Shown here: positions 47,513 through 58,097 of the stretch, piece by piece
Layout of the letters: each line of letters starts with the position of its first letter
Numbering within the stretch: the first letter of the stretch is position 1
Assembly (NCBI GenBank): GCA_037308085.1
Contig: CP147779.1
Span: forward strand, 2,624,001-2,688,000
DNA from: Promethearchaeati archaeon SRVP18_Atabeyarchaeia-1
Lineage (GTDB): Archaea; Asgardarchaeota; Atabeyarchaeia; Atabeyarchaeales; Atabeyarchaeaceae
Reading direction: 5' to 3'
Length of the DNA stretch: 64,000 bases
Program-made: the position numbers and the translations under genes
Notes under the pieces: model-generated
What the model was told of the DNA's origin: nothing
What the model saw: the letters and a program-made list of their open reading frames with translations, nothing else
The model's database searches: none

Positions 47513-48358
47513 TTGCCCGTAATCGTCACGTCAGACCTGGACGTTGCCAGTGTCAATATTCGCAAGCAGCTAATCAGACTGTTCGGCTTCAGAGAAAAGG
47601 AAGAAGAACCAAGCTTCGACGGTAACCCAGTCTACCGATCTGGCGAAATCCTCCTCATATCTTCGAAGCGTGAACTCGTGGATACAGAACATGTGGAGCA
47701 GTGCCTCAAAACCGATCTTATGATATTCGCGAGTAGGCATCGATCCACAGCCGGAAAACCAGCGCTTCTTGTGCACTGCACAGGCAACTGGACAAAGGAG
47801 GCTGAACTTGGAGGAATGCCATATGAACTGGCCGTCGCCCCGGCATCTGCGATGAGTGAAGCGCTCTTGGAGCTCGCACGGCAAAAGGACAAGTTTGAAC
47901 TTCTGGGCTATGAAGTCACGCTGGAATGCACGCATCATGGGCCAACATCCATGTCAACCCCGCTTCTATTCGTTGAGCTAGGCAGCAACGAGGAGCATTG
48001 GCGGGATGAAGTCGCCGGTGAAGCAGTAGCAAGAACCGTGTTCAGAGTAGCACAAGGCGTCAGAGAAAGGAGAAGAGCAGCCCTCGGAGTGGGCGGACCA
48101 CATTATGCCCCTAACTTCACAAGAGTAGTCCAGTCTTCATCTGAGATAGCTATCGGTCATATCATTCCAAACTACGTCCTCGAAGCCTTCAGAAGTGAGA
48201 TGGTGCGCAAAGCGATCGAGAGAACATTCGAGAAAGTGGGGCTCGTACTACTGGATTGGAAGGGTCTCAGAAGTGATCAGAGAGAACTAATCAAACCTAT
48301 TATAAATGAGCTAAACCTAGAAACTCTTAAGACTCATGAAATCACAAAAAGCAGCTAA
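47513..48358 (+). CDS. dtdA: D-aminoacyl-tRNA deacylase (DTD2/GEK1 type)
   Basis: FASRH, VH.TGNW, ECTHHGP, FVELGS, GGPHYAP, GHIIP.Y. Confidence 0.93.
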   Translation: MPVIVTSDLDVASVNIRKQLIRLFGFREKEEEPSFDGNPVYRSGEILLISSKRELVDTEHVEQCLKTDLMIFASRHRSTAGKPALLVHCTGNWTKEAELGGMPYELAVAPASAMSEALLELARQKDKFELLGYEVTLECTHHGPTSMSTPLLFVELGSNEEHWRDEVAGEAVARTVFRVAQGVRERRRAALGVGGPHYAPNFTRVVQSSSEIAIGHIIPNYVLEAFRSEMVRKAIERTFEKVGLVLLDWKGLRSDQRELIKPIINELNLETLKTHEITKSS

Positions 48359-48452
48359 GGAGCGAGAAGCCTTAACGCCGCCCTGAGTCTGGCAACTCAT
48401 GCGCTCTGGGCATCATCAAGTCCCGTACCAGCTTGCAGATCGAGGGAACAAC

Positions 48453-49283
48453 TTGGTCAAAGTCAAGGTAGCTATAGCCACTTTCAAAAACCCTGAACAG
48501 GCCGTTATTAGAGCCGTGAAGCTGATCGGAGGTATCGCTGATCTGGATCAGCGGGGAAAGCAAGTCATCATTAAGCTAGGGATCTTTGATCCTAGCCGCT
48601 TACCTTACACCGATGTCAGGGTTGCGAGAGCCGCGGCATCATTGTTTCATTCAACGAGGGATGTCTCATTCGCTGAAAGTGACAACCCTTTGAGAACAGG
48701 TATGCAGGCTTTGAGGCAGCTTGGTTATGAGCAAGCAATCAGATTTGGCCTAGTGGATCTTAGTGGCAACTTGACCAAAACCAAGAGACCTCGCTTAAGA
48801 CTGTTAAAAGAGCAGATGTTCTCAAAGATTCTGCTTGAGGCGAACGTGCTAGTAAATCTACCTGTGATGAAGGGCGAGCCTAAGACTGGGCAAATGAGTA
48901 TCGGCGTGAAGAACCTTTTTGGTCTAATACCCGAAAGAACGAAGCCCCGTTTTCACGGCTGCCTTGATGAAGTGCTAGTTGAGTTACTGAAGATCTTCAA
49001 ACCTGCTTTGACAATAGTGGACGCGACGACACCGTGCGTAGGTTCATACCCAGACTACAAGCAAGTCAATTTAGGACTAGTAGTTGCTGGAAGAGACGTA
49101 GTTGCCGTTGACACTGTATGTGCAAAGATCATGGGCATCAACCCACAGAGTATAAGGCATCTATCCCTAGCGTCCGAGGCTGGAATTGGAACTGTGGACC
49201 TAGATGAGATTGAGGTCGTCGGGATGCACCTAGGTGAAGCTGAAGAGGCTTTCCGCTCGGCTTTGAATGCCCGGTCAAAGTAG
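48453..49283 (+). CDS. DUF362 domain protein
   Basis: VNLPVMK, SIGVKNLFG, P.LTIVDA, DVVAVD, HL.LA...G.G. Confidence 0.85.
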   Translation: MVKVKVAIATFKNPEQAVIRAVKLIGGIADLDQRGKQVIIKLGIFDPSRLPYTDVRVARAAASLFHSTRDVSFAESDNPLRTGMQALRQLGYEQAIRFGLVDLSGNLTKTKRPRLRLLKEQMFSKILLEANVLVNLPVMKGEPKTGQMSIGVKNLFGLIPERTKPRFHGCLDEVLVELLKIFKPALTIVDATTPCVGSYPDYKQVNLGLVVAGRDVVAVDTVCAKIMGINPQSIRHLSLASEAGIGTVDLDEIEVVGMHLGEAEEAFRSALNARSK

Positions 49284-49296
49284 ACTAGAGACTCTT

Positions 49297-49452
49297 CTAC
49301 TCTTCCGTGGCCTTTTCGAAATACACAAGATTGCACTTCGGGCAGTTGTAGCTGACCAGTCTTAATCCCCTCGTCCGTCCAACCTGGAATACAGTGGATC
49401 CGACTTCAACGCCCGTTGATTTGCACCTTGGGCAGGTAGCTTTGTAATCCAT
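49297..49452 (-). CDS. 51-aa zinc-ribbon protein (MDYKATCPRCKSTGVEVGSTVFQVGRTRGLRLVSYNCPKCNLVYFEKATEE)
   Basis: GGAGGTGA RBS, two CPxC knuckles; absent from the ORF track. Confidence 0.8.
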   Translation of the reverse strand: MDYKATCPRCKSTGVEVGSTVFQVGRTRGLRLVSYNCPKCNLVYFEKATEE

Positions 49453-49704
49453 TTTTCCATTTCACCTCCACAGATAAGATGAGCGCAACTTTCGGAGAGG
49501 CACTCGATGGGCACTAGTATCTACTTAACGAACTATTTATCGATGATGCCAGACATAGCCATAAAACTCTACAAACTCTGTTATGTTGGATTTACTCCAC
49601 CACGAAAAAGGAAAGTACTAATCGGGCTAGCCTTGAAAGCCAAATCCTCTCACGTAAACAGAATACAGTAGGGAAAAGGGATCTTGAGTTCCGTCTACGC
49701 GCGT

Positions 49705-50820
49705 CTAGGTGTTCCTTGCTTTTGCCGAAAGTTTCGATATGACTGCCCCTATGCCATCGAGTGTCAACTTGACCTCTTTCTGAGTGCACACTCCCATTGT
49801 TCCGACTCTGAAGATCTTGCCCTTTGTCTCTCCCATCCCACCAGCGATTACTATGCCGGTATCCTCGAGTAGCGCCTTTATCATGTCCGCGATGGGTACC
49901 CCTTGTGGTCCCCAAGACGCAGTAACAGTATTTGAGGCATACTTCTCATCCTTTGGGAACATCTTAAGGCCCAGCGACTTCAATCCATCCCTCATTGCCT
50001 TCGAGCAGTCGATGTGTCGCTTTATCCGTTTCTCGATTCCTTCCTCTCTGAGCATTTTCAGTGCCTCTTGGAGGGCGAAAATGAGGGAAACCGCGGGTGT
50101 GAAGGGAGTCGAATTCTTCTTGTGGAATTCTCTAATCTTCACTAGATCGAAGTACAGAGTGTGCTTCTCTCCTTTCCGTTGCTCCACCTTTTTCCAGGCA
50201 TCCTCGCCCAGTGATATGAATGATAGGCCTGGTGGGCAAGCAAGACACTTCTGTGAACCCGTTATGACGGCGTCAACGCCCCATCTGTCCATATAAAGGT
50301 AGTCACCGCCGAGGTTTGAGATTGCGTCGCAAATTACCATTGCGCCATGGTCCTTGGCTATTTCCGTCAATTCTCGCGCGGGATTCCTGACGCCGCAGGC
50401 GGTCTCATTATAAACGAATGCAACCATTTTCGCGTCCTTGTGCTTGTCTAGTGTTTCCTCGACAGTATTGGGGCTGATTGCTACTCCGAGTTCGGATTTG
50501 AGGTTTACCACCTCTGCCCCCGCAGTTCTGATTGATTCCATAAGCCTCTCGCTGAACTCGCCATTCGTCGGTACGATAACCTTGTCCCCTTTCTCAATCA
50601 GATTAGTGGCGACACACTCAACTCCCCCCGTTCCTGAGGCAGTCAGAGGGTAAACGTCATTCTTCTCGGTCTGAAATAGATACTTGAGCCCGTCAGCTAT
50701 CTCAGCGTATAGTTTCTCGAAGGATGCGCCCCTGTGGTTGATCATTGGCTTTGACATGACCTTCAGTATTCTCTCTGGAACCTGAGTTGGTCCAGGCAAC
50801 ATAATCAGTTTCTCATCCAT
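49705..50820 (-). CDS. Class V aminotransferase (serine-pyruvate/alanine-glyoxylate type)
   Basis: MLPGPT, SGTGGVE, NETACG, DAIS, GSQKCL..PPGL, FRVGTMG. Confidence 0.93.
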   Translation of the reverse strand: MDEKLIMLPGPTQVPERILKVMSKPMINHRGASFEKLYAEIADGLKYLFQTEKNDVYPLTASGTGGVECVATNLIEKGDKVIVPTNGEFSERLMESIRTAGAEVVNLKSELGVAISPNTVEETLDKHKDAKMVAFVYNETACGVRNPARELTEIAKDHGAMVICDAISNLGGDYLYMDRWGVDAVITGSQKCLACPPGLSFISLGEDAWKKVEQRKGEKHTLYFDLVKIREFHKKNSTPFTPAVSLIFALQEALKMLREEGIEKRIKRHIDCSKAMRDGLKSLGLKMFPKDEKYASNTVTASWGPQGVPIADMIKALLEDTGIVIAGGMGETKGKIFRVGTMGVCTQKEVKLTLDGIGAVISKLSAKARNT

Positions 50821-50928
50821 AGTGATCTATCACAACTCCTTTCGAGCCTCATCACTTACTCCGTTTCGCTCAACACAGTGGATAAGCGAAAAAGCTGTTT
50901 ATAATGATATCCTTGTGTATTGCGGCTC

Positions 50929-52305
50929 TTACTTGCCCGCGACTTGGACGTTATCGAACCTGATGTAGGGCGTCACACACGAAAATGCAGTGGACCCCGA
51001 TTCTATCTGTGGCAAGTCTGAGACTCCAGATATGTTTTTTATGAGGTCGAATACCTTGCCAGCCACCATTCCGCCTTTTATCGGCTGCTTGATTTCTCCG
51101 TCTCTTATGAGATAGGCATTTCTGATCTCCGAGCTAAATCCTGATGAATATGCATCTGGGTTTAGCCAGCTGAACTGTTCTACGAGGAGTCCCTCTCTGG
51201 TTTCTTTCACGAGGTTGTCGATGTTCTTCGTGCCTGCCGTAATCGAGATGTTTGTCGGTTGCGGAATCAAGTTGAGCATGTGTTTGCTTAGAGGGTTCCT
51301 AAGGCCGCCGACTGGTTTAAGTCCGTTCCCTGTGGATTTCTCACCCAGCATCAGAGAGTACTTCTGGTCGTAGATGAAGTTCTCGAAAATGCCCTTTCGG
51401 ATTATGGTTGTTCTCTGTTGGGGGTTTCCCTCATCGTCGAACGGGGCCGTCATAAGCCCATAATCCAAGAGGCCATCATCGAGTATCGAGAGTTCTTCCG
51501 ACGCAACAGTGTCGCCCTTCTTGAAGATCGACTGGTTCTTGAATTTCTGGTCACCGGCGGCATGAGATCCGACGGTTGGAACTATCGCGTCGCAGAGTGA
51601 TTCTGGATTCAGTATGACCGTCATCTTCCCCGTGGGAGGCATTTTGGCTTCCAGTGTTTCCCTGGCAAGCTTGACCCAGTGTGGCAATACTTCGGCTACT
51701 TTCAGTCCATCGATCCTGCGTCGGAATTTCCTTGGCCAGAATTCCGCAAACCTTGTTCCGTCTGAGACCTTAAGTGCCAACTCTACGTAGAAGTAGGTTT
51801 CAATCTTCTTTTTCGCGAGACCTGTGCTATTCTCCAAGTTGGTTTCGAACAGGTACGTTCTTATCTTCCCGAAAGTGGGTTTTACGGGTTTGTCTCCCTT
51901 GTTCTCATCTTTCAGGTGTCTAAGTAGAGAATTCGTATATCTCTTGATGACCTCAGCAGGGGTGTTCTTGATGGCTGGGTCGACATTGGCGACTCTCGGG
52001 GTTGGTTTTGATTCCGGGAACTCGTATTTCATCTTCTGTTTGTTCAACCCTGAGAAGAATTTTGCATCGTGAATGCATTTCTCGAGCCCCGACTCGGCCG
52101 AGCACGAAGATATTCCTATGCCGATTAGCTCGCCTTCTCTTGAGAGTGCTCTCGTGGTGATGCCCAATGCGTTCACTGGTTCGCGGATTGCCTCGATATC
52201 GAATCCACGTAGTTGTATCTCATTAACGGTTGCCTTTAGTTTGTATACATCATACTCTTCGATTCCCGCCTTCTTGAACAACCTTCCATAGTCTTCCATT
52301 GACAT
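50929..52305 (-). CDS. pmbA: PmbA/TldE family protein
   Basis: PFDDEG, STGNG, PTN; lacks HExxH. Confidence 0.88.
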   Translation of the reverse strand: MSMEDYGRLFKKAGIEEYDVYKLKATVNEIQLRGFDIEAIREPVNALGITTRALSREGELIGIGISSCSAESGLEKCIHDAKFFSGLNKQKMKYEFPESKPTPRVANVDPAIKNTPAEVIKRYTNSLLRHLKDENKGDKPVKPTFGKIRTYLFETNLENSTGLAKKKIETYFYVELALKVSDGTRFAEFWPRKFRRRIDGLKVAEVLPHWVKLARETLEAKMPPTGKMTVILNPESLCDAIVPTVGSHAAGDQKFKNQSIFKKGDTVASEELSILDDGLLDYGLMTAPFDDEGNPQQRTTIIRKGIFENFIYDQKYSLMLGEKSTGNGLKPVGGLRNPLSKHMLNLIPQPTNISITAGTKNIDNLVKETREGLLVEQFSWLNPDAYSSGFSSEIRNAYLIRDGEIKQPIKGGMVAGKVFDLIKNISGVSDLPQIESGSTAFSCVTPYIRFDNVQVAGK

Positions 52306-53706
52306 TCACCCTCCCGAAACCATGGCTTTCTTGATCCGTATCGCACCTCCTCCGCTGCCAACTGGAACATAGTCTTCGCTGCCCTTTCCGCATGTGCCAC
52401 GGGCTATCCCAAAATCTTTGCCCGCAATCTCTATGCCTTTCAGCAAGTCTAATACGCTTCCGGAAAGGCTGACTTCCGTCAGTGGAGTCGTGAGTCGACC
52501 ATGCTCAATCAAATAGCCCTTGTTGGAGGAACACTGTATTCCTCCGCCAAGAGGGTCTTCCATTCCAAAACTGCCATGAACCAGCATGACACCACGACCG
52601 ATGGGTTCTAGGAGCTCGTCAAGTGTTGCGTCCCCTGGGGAGAAGTAAGTATTCGACATTCTTATGAAGTGTTTAGTGAGAAAGCTTTCAGTTCTGCTGC
52701 TACTCGTCAGTTCGCCTTTTAGGGCTGATGCCGTAAGCCGGTCGTGGAGGAACCCCTTCATTATACCTTTGTCGACAAGCACGTTCTCCTTTGCTGGCAC
52801 TCCTTCATCGTCGAAGACGTATGAGCCCCAGCCCCCTGGAAGGGCCGAGGAGTCAATTATAGTTGTCTGCTCCGATGCTACTTCCTTTCCCACTGATTCT
52901 GATAGGTAGGAACGGTCTCTGATTACTTGGTCAGCTTCAAGGCCGTGCCCGAACGATTCATGAGCGATCAATCCAGCCATCTGATTATCAACGACGACGG
53001 GGAACTCGCCACTTGGAGGCGTCTTGGCGTTCAGCAACTCTATTGTGGATTTGACTGTCTTTTCGGCCACGTCCTCAAAGTCGATTCCTTCTATCAACTC
53101 ATATCCGCCCGTGCCGCCAATCGAAGTGTAGTCCGCCTTTATCTTGTCACCTTCTCTGGCAATCGGAAGAAGAAACATGCCTGATCGCGTTACGACCTGC
53201 CTCATAACAGAGCCTTCAGAATTGGCGAACACCCGCTCAATGCGGCTGTCGCTGTACCTCACTTGAGTGTTTATGAGTCTCTTGTCTTTTGCAGAGGCGA
53301 CCTTGTACAGGTTTCTAACTACCTCAAGTTTTTCTTCAAGAGGTACGTTGGCTGGAATCCTCTTAGCTTCGAGTTCTTTGTCGACCTTCTGCGCCGGAAT
53401 TGTCATGAGCTTTATGGGATTCTTAGGCTTCTGAATGGGTTTAATTAGCTTCTTGGCGGTCTGTAGAACTGTCTTCTTGTCAACTTTGTAGCTGCTTGAT
53501 GTGAACCACACGCCGTGCTTGAATGCGCGTAGAAGCATACCTCTAAGGTCCGGTGTGGATATCTGCTCGTCGACTTTGTCCTTTAATATAATGCATTGTG
53601 ACTGGGAATCGTATAGAGCATCCCAATACTCTGCCTTTCCGTCAAGGACGTTTCCAAGATTCTCAAGGACATCATAGACCGATTCGGTTGCTGAATCTCG
53701 ACTCAT
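52306..53706 (-). CDS. tldD: TldD family metalloprotease
   Basis: HESFGHGLEAD, FDDEG, RMSNTY, CGK. Confidence 0.92.
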   Translation of the reverse strand: MSRDSATESVYDVLENLGNVLDGKAEYWDALYDSQSQCIILKDKVDEQISTPDLRGMLLRAFKHGVWFTSSSYKVDKKTVLQTAKKLIKPIQKPKNPIKLMTIPAQKVDKELEAKRIPANVPLEEKLEVVRNLYKVASAKDKRLINTQVRYSDSRIERVFANSEGSVMRQVVTRSGMFLLPIAREGDKIKADYTSIGGTGGYELIEGIDFEDVAEKTVKSTIELLNAKTPPSGEFPVVVDNQMAGLIAHESFGHGLEADQVIRDRSYLSESVGKEVASEQTTIIDSSALPGGWGSYVFDDEGVPAKENVLVDKGIMKGFLHDRLTASALKGELTSSSRTESFLTKHFIRMSNTYFSPGDATLDELLEPIGRGVMLVHGSFGMEDPLGGGIQCSSNKGYLIEHGRLTTPLTEVSLSGSVLDLLKGIEIAGKDFGIARGTCGKGSEDYVPVGSGGGAIRIKKAMVSGG

Positions 53707-53866
53707 TAGCTGCACCCTCTCTCCAAGAGAGAAACATGTTATGTCTTCAATCATTATCTGCTTAAATACTCGATGGGTTTTCTAACACTATCGTGTGATG
53801 TGACAAGTCATATAGGAATCTGCTTTCCTGCCACAGTCAAGACTTCTGTTTAGGAAGGATGGGAAA

Positions 53867-54895
53867 ATGCCTCCGGCGACTCTTAAGAGGAAACTCTCTG
53901 TAGGCAAAGTCTCGAACGACGTTCTCAAGAAGATAGTTTTCGGGTTGACTGGCGTGCGCAACCCTCGAGTAATAAGTGGTCCTGCGGTCGGAGAAGATGC
54001 TGCTGTCATAGACTATCAGGGTAGGCTCTTGGTAGTCAAGTCAGATCCGATCACGGGGGCAGAGAGTAACGTGGGATGGCTTGCTGTCCACGTTAACGCG
54101 AATGACATCGCAGTTCGAGGAGCCAATCCTCTATTCTACCTCTCGACAATAATACTGCCGGAGAACCTCGATTCAGGGATCTTAGAAGAGATATGCAAAG
54201 GGGTGGACTTGGCCGCGAAGGAGCTGGGCGTGACAGTGGTCGGGGGACACACTGAAGTCACTTCCGCCGTGTCAAGACCCGTGCTGTGTGGAGCAATGAT
54301 AGGTGAGGCCCAGCCAGGAAGAATAATACTATCCAGTGGAGCCAAGGTTGGGGACAGCATCATTGTGACGAAGAGTGTGGCATTGGAAGGAACAGCGATA
54401 ATAGCTACAGACCGGTACAAGGAACTCAAAGGAGTCGTTGGGAGCAGGCTACTTAAATCAGCGCAGGGGTTCTTCAAGTATATCAGCGTTGTCAAAGAAG
54501 CCTTGGTCGCGGCTGAGACTGGTCTAGTTCACTCCATGAAGGATCCGACCGAGGGAGGACTTCTGCAGGCCCTAAACGAAGTAGCTGAAGCCTCAAAGGT
54601 GGGTTATTCCGTTGACGCTGGATTAGTCCCCATTGAGAACGAATCGAGGATCATCTGCGAAGCGCTTCACGTGGATCCTCTGAAACTGATATCAAGTGGC
54701 ATGCTTATTGCAACAATGGATCCGAAAAACGAAGAAATCGTGATAAGGAAGATCCGAGAAGCAGGCGTGAACGCAACCAGAATCGGTGTGATTACGCGCA
54801 GTGGCAGAACGGTGAAGGACTTCTCCGGCCAAACTGAGACCCCGGCCGAATTCGTGAACGAGGAGCTGTGGAGAGCTCTGAAGGCAAAGCCATGA
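53867..54895 (+). CDS. AIR synthase/HypE-like family protein
   Basis: GEDAAV, DPITGA, NANDIA, GGHTEVT, DPTEGG, DPLKLISSG. Confidence 0.9.
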   Translation: MPPATLKRKLSVGKVSNDVLKKIVFGLTGVRNPRVISGPAVGEDAAVIDYQGRLLVVKSDPITGAESNVGWLAVHVNANDIAVRGANPLFYLSTIILPENLDSGILEEICKGVDLAAKELGVTVVGGHTEVTSAVSRPVLCGAMIGEAQPGRIILSSGAKVGDSIIVTKSVALEGTAIIATDRYKELKGVVGSRLLKSAQGFFKYISVVKEALVAAETGLVHSMKDPTEGGLLQALNEVAEASKVGYSVDAGLVPIENESRIICEALHVDPLKLISSGMLIATMDPKNEEIVIRKIREAGVNATRIGVITRSGRTVKDFSGQTETPAEFVNEELWRALKAKP

Positions 54896-55016
54896 GAACG
54901 GCGTGAGCATGATATCATTTTGGTTCCAAAGGGGACCGAAGGTGCTCGCTTGACAAAGGCTTTTATCCCCCAAACTCCGACTTAATTACATAAAGAACTC
55001 TCTCCAGGTGAGCGTA

Positions 55017-56423
55017 ATGCCATTTGACAGAAGAAAGAAACCAAATGTCGTACCCAAGGCTCTGTCAGAAAGCGAGATTATTTCACTTCTGAGCGACGTT
55101 ACTCCTGACGAGATCAACGAAGCTCGGCGGACATCGATAGTTCCTCTGTATGACACGATCTTCTTTGAAGGGGATCCGGGAGGGGCAGTGCTTAGGGACA
55201 TAAATGGAGTCGAATACTTGGACTGCACGTCACAGGCATGGACGCTTAACGTGGGTCCCGCTAACCCAGATGTGGTTTATGGCGCATACGTGCAAGCAGC
55301 AAGGTTGAATCACGTCCGGTACGGCTACCCCACAATCCCAAGAATAAAGCTTCTTAACAAGCTTGCCAAGATCGCTCCAGGCGATTTGAAGAAGGTCTGT
55401 TTGAACGCCCAGGGCGGTTCATATGCTATTGAAGCAGCCATGAAACTGGCTATGATAAACAGACCCGAACCCGCTCTATTCGTCACCTTTCTTAGAAGCT
55501 ACCAAGGAAGCACGCTGGCAACGATAGCTGCGAGCTCCTTCATCCGAGAAGGCATTAGATTTCCCGGATTTGGGCTTGACAAGTTCGTCAAGGCGCCTTA
55601 CCCCTATTGTTACAGGTGCCCATATGGTGAGGAGAGCGCTGAACAATGCAACAATGAGTGCCTGTCCACGCTTGAACAACTACTTGATCGAGGAGTCAAT
55701 GTTCCAGTTACTGCTCTAATTGTCGAGCCTATGCAAGGACCAGGAGGGCAAGTTCCGTCTCCTAAGAAGTTTCTTGAAGGTCTTAGAAGAGTCTGCGATG
55801 AAAGAAAGATAGTGCTAATCTTCGATGAGGCTCAGACAGGTTTTGGAAGAATAGGTAGATGGTTTGCGGCTGAGTATTACGGCGTGATGCCCGACATAAT
55901 CTGCTTCACCAAGGCGCTTGGTGGGGGATTCCCGATAGGTGGAATACTTGCAAGCAAGAAGCTCAAGCAAACCTTCCTGACACCAGGCGAGGAACACTCG
56001 ACCTTTGGTTCAAACCCTGTCTCCTTTGCGGCAGCGTGCGTAACTCTGGAAGTCATCGAGAAGCTGAACTTGATGAGGAACGCTGAGGAACAAGGCAAGT
56101 ACTTCACGAAGAGGATCAAAGAGGAATTCATGGAGAAGTACCCAATAATCGGCGACATCAGAGGACCAGGTTTGTTCATCGGAATGGAGATGGTAAAAGA
56201 CCGCAAGACCAAGCAACCCGCTACTATGGAAGCAAACTCGATAGTAGGAGAAGCATTCAAGAGGCACGTAATGTTCGACCTAAGCATGACTGACACGACG
56301 GCCAAGGGAGAAATGATCAGAAACGTAGTGAAGTTCAAACCACCACTGGTCATAACGAGGCAACAGGTAGACCACGCCTTAGAGGTGTTGGAAGAATCAA
56401 TCAAAGTAGTAACGAAGAAGTAG
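55017..56423 (+). CDS. Class III aminotransferase (GABA/ornithine-AT-like)
   Basis: YLDC, IVEPMQG.GG, DEAQTGFGR.G, TKALGGG, GDIRG.GL. Confidence 0.93.
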   Translation: MPFDRRKKPNVVPKALSESEIISLLSDVTPDEINEARRTSIVPLYDTIFFEGDPGGAVLRDINGVEYLDCTSQAWTLNVGPANPDVVYGAYVQAARLNHVRYGYPTIPRIKLLNKLAKIAPGDLKKVCLNAQGGSYAIEAAMKLAMINRPEPALFVTFLRSYQGSTLATIAASSFIREGIRFPGFGLDKFVKAPYPYCYRCPYGEESAEQCNNECLSTLEQLLDRGVNVPVTALIVEPMQGPGGQVPSPKKFLEGLRRVCDERKIVLIFDEAQTGFGRIGRWFAAEYYGVMPDIICFTKALGGGFPIGGILASKKLKQTFLTPGEEHSTFGSNPVSFAAACVTLEVIEKLNLMRNAEEQGKYFTKRIKEEFMEKYPIIGDIRGPGLFIGMEMVKDRKTKQPATMEANSIVGEAFKRHVMFDLSMTDTTAKGEMIRNVVKFKPPLVITRQQVDHALEVLEESIKVVTKK

Positions 56424-56658
56424 ACGGTGGCGTATTCAGAAAGCAGTCTACTTCTTCTGTGTTCTCCAGCTGAGCACGGTCTGGGCCTTGAAGTAGAAAG
56501 GCAGTGAGATCACTCGAATTGATGTTACTTTGTTCCTCTTCATGACGACTACATCTCTATCTGCCGTAAAGCCATGTGGAAAACTGGGAGCGATCTATCT
56601 TACACGTCGCTCTTTCCCAAATACGTACAGCACAATTGAAGAGTCAGGAGGGAAACAA

Positions 56659-57900
56659 ATGACAGAACTACTAGACAGATTCATCAGATATGTTAAGATC
56701 AACACAACAAGCAGGGAGAATGCCAAGGAAATCCCCAGCACAAAAAGGCAGTTTGACCTGGCAAACATTCTGACCGAGGAACTGAAGCAGCTGGGAATCA
56801 AAGACGCGAAAGTTGATGAACACTGTATCGTCACAGCAACACTGCCGTCCAACTTACCGGCCAATGCGAAAACACGGACTCTGATGTTTAACGCCCACCT
56901 AGATACTTCACCAGAAGAGCCAGGAGAAAACGTCAAACCCACCCTTGTTAGGAACTACCGTGGAGGCGAGATCAGGCTTCCAGGAGATGAAGATCTCACA
57001 ATCTCACCGGATGACAGACCGATCTTGAAGGAATACGTCGGACACGACATTGTCACGAGTGACGGAACAACACTCTTGGGTGCCGATGACAAGGCAGGGA
57101 TCGCCGTAATAATGACGGCTGTCTCTACTCTCACTAGAGATCCCTCGCGAAAGCATGGTGCCGTGAAAATCGTTTTTACGCCGGATGAAGAAGTGGGGAC
57201 GGGAATTGAGGCGCTTGATATTGAGGCGCTCAAGTCTGACTATGGCTTCACTGTCGACAATGATGGGCTATATCTTGGCGTCGAGACTTTTAACGCTGCA
57301 CGTGGAACAATCAGAATAGAGGGATTCAATATCCACCCGGGTGAGGCATATGGGAAAATGATCAACTCCATTCGTGTATTGCCAGATGCAATCGAATTGT
57401 TCCCACCAACTATAGCTCCAGAAACCACGAAGGAGCACCAAGGTTACTATCATCCCTATCACGTTGAGGCCTCAGTCAACGAAGCCAAGTTAGTCTTTAT
57501 CCTGAGAGATTTCGACTATAATGAACTGAAGAAGAAAATGGCTACCATCGAAGAAGGCGTCAAGAGTATTCAGCAGAAGTATCCCAAAGCCCGGGTCTCC
57601 CTGAAGCTGGAAGACCAATATCGTAATATGAAAGAGATCCTCGACAAGGTTCCTGAACTAATCGAAACCGCCGAGGAGGCAATCAGAAAGGCCGGGCTGA
57701 AGGTGAGGATCAAACCAATTCGTGGTGGCACCGATGGCGCACGCATGTCCTTCAAAGGGCTACCGACGCCCAACCTATTCTGCGGTTACGTAAATGAACA
57801 TAGCAAAAAGGAGTTCGTTTCAGTGCAGGTCATGGAGAAGGCGGTCGCAACGGTATTGAATATCGTTGACATTTTTGTACAGAAAAGGCAGGGACAATAG
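56659..57900 (+). CDS. pepT: Peptidase T (M20B)
   Basis: RFIRYVKI.T.S, AHLDT, LLGADDKAG, FTPDEEVG, IRGGTDG, PNLF. Confidence 0.95.
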   Translation: MTELLDRFIRYVKINTTSRENAKEIPSTKRQFDLANILTEELKQLGIKDAKVDEHCIVTATLPSNLPANAKTRTLMFNAHLDTSPEEPGENVKPTLVRNYRGGEIRLPGDEDLTISPDDRPILKEYVGHDIVTSDGTTLLGADDKAGIAVIMTAVSTLTRDPSRKHGAVKIVFTPDEEVGTGIEALDIEALKSDYGFTVDNDGLYLGVETFNAARGTIRIEGFNIHPGEAYGKMINSIRVLPDAIELFPPTIAPETTKEHQGYYHPYHVEASVNEAKLVFILRDFDYNELKKKMATIEEGVKSIQQKYPKARVSLKLEDQYRNMKEILDKVPELIETAEEAIRKAGLKVRIKPIRGGTDGARMSFKGLPTPNLFCGYVNEHSKKEFVSVQVMEKAVATVLNIVDIFVQKRQGQ

Positions 57901-58097
57901 AAACGCGAATGAACTTCCGCTCGTCCCTTGATAACTGGCCTTCCTCCCGGCGCCTTCCATTGTTCTCTGTCAATAGGATGGCGGGATCAAGAACTTGGGC
58001 TGGTCTCGCCCTCTGTCCTGTTGGGATTTAACGCTTCCACTCGAAGGGGAAATGGCAACCTGCCGACTATCTCACTGGTTTGGTCCGGGATGCATTT

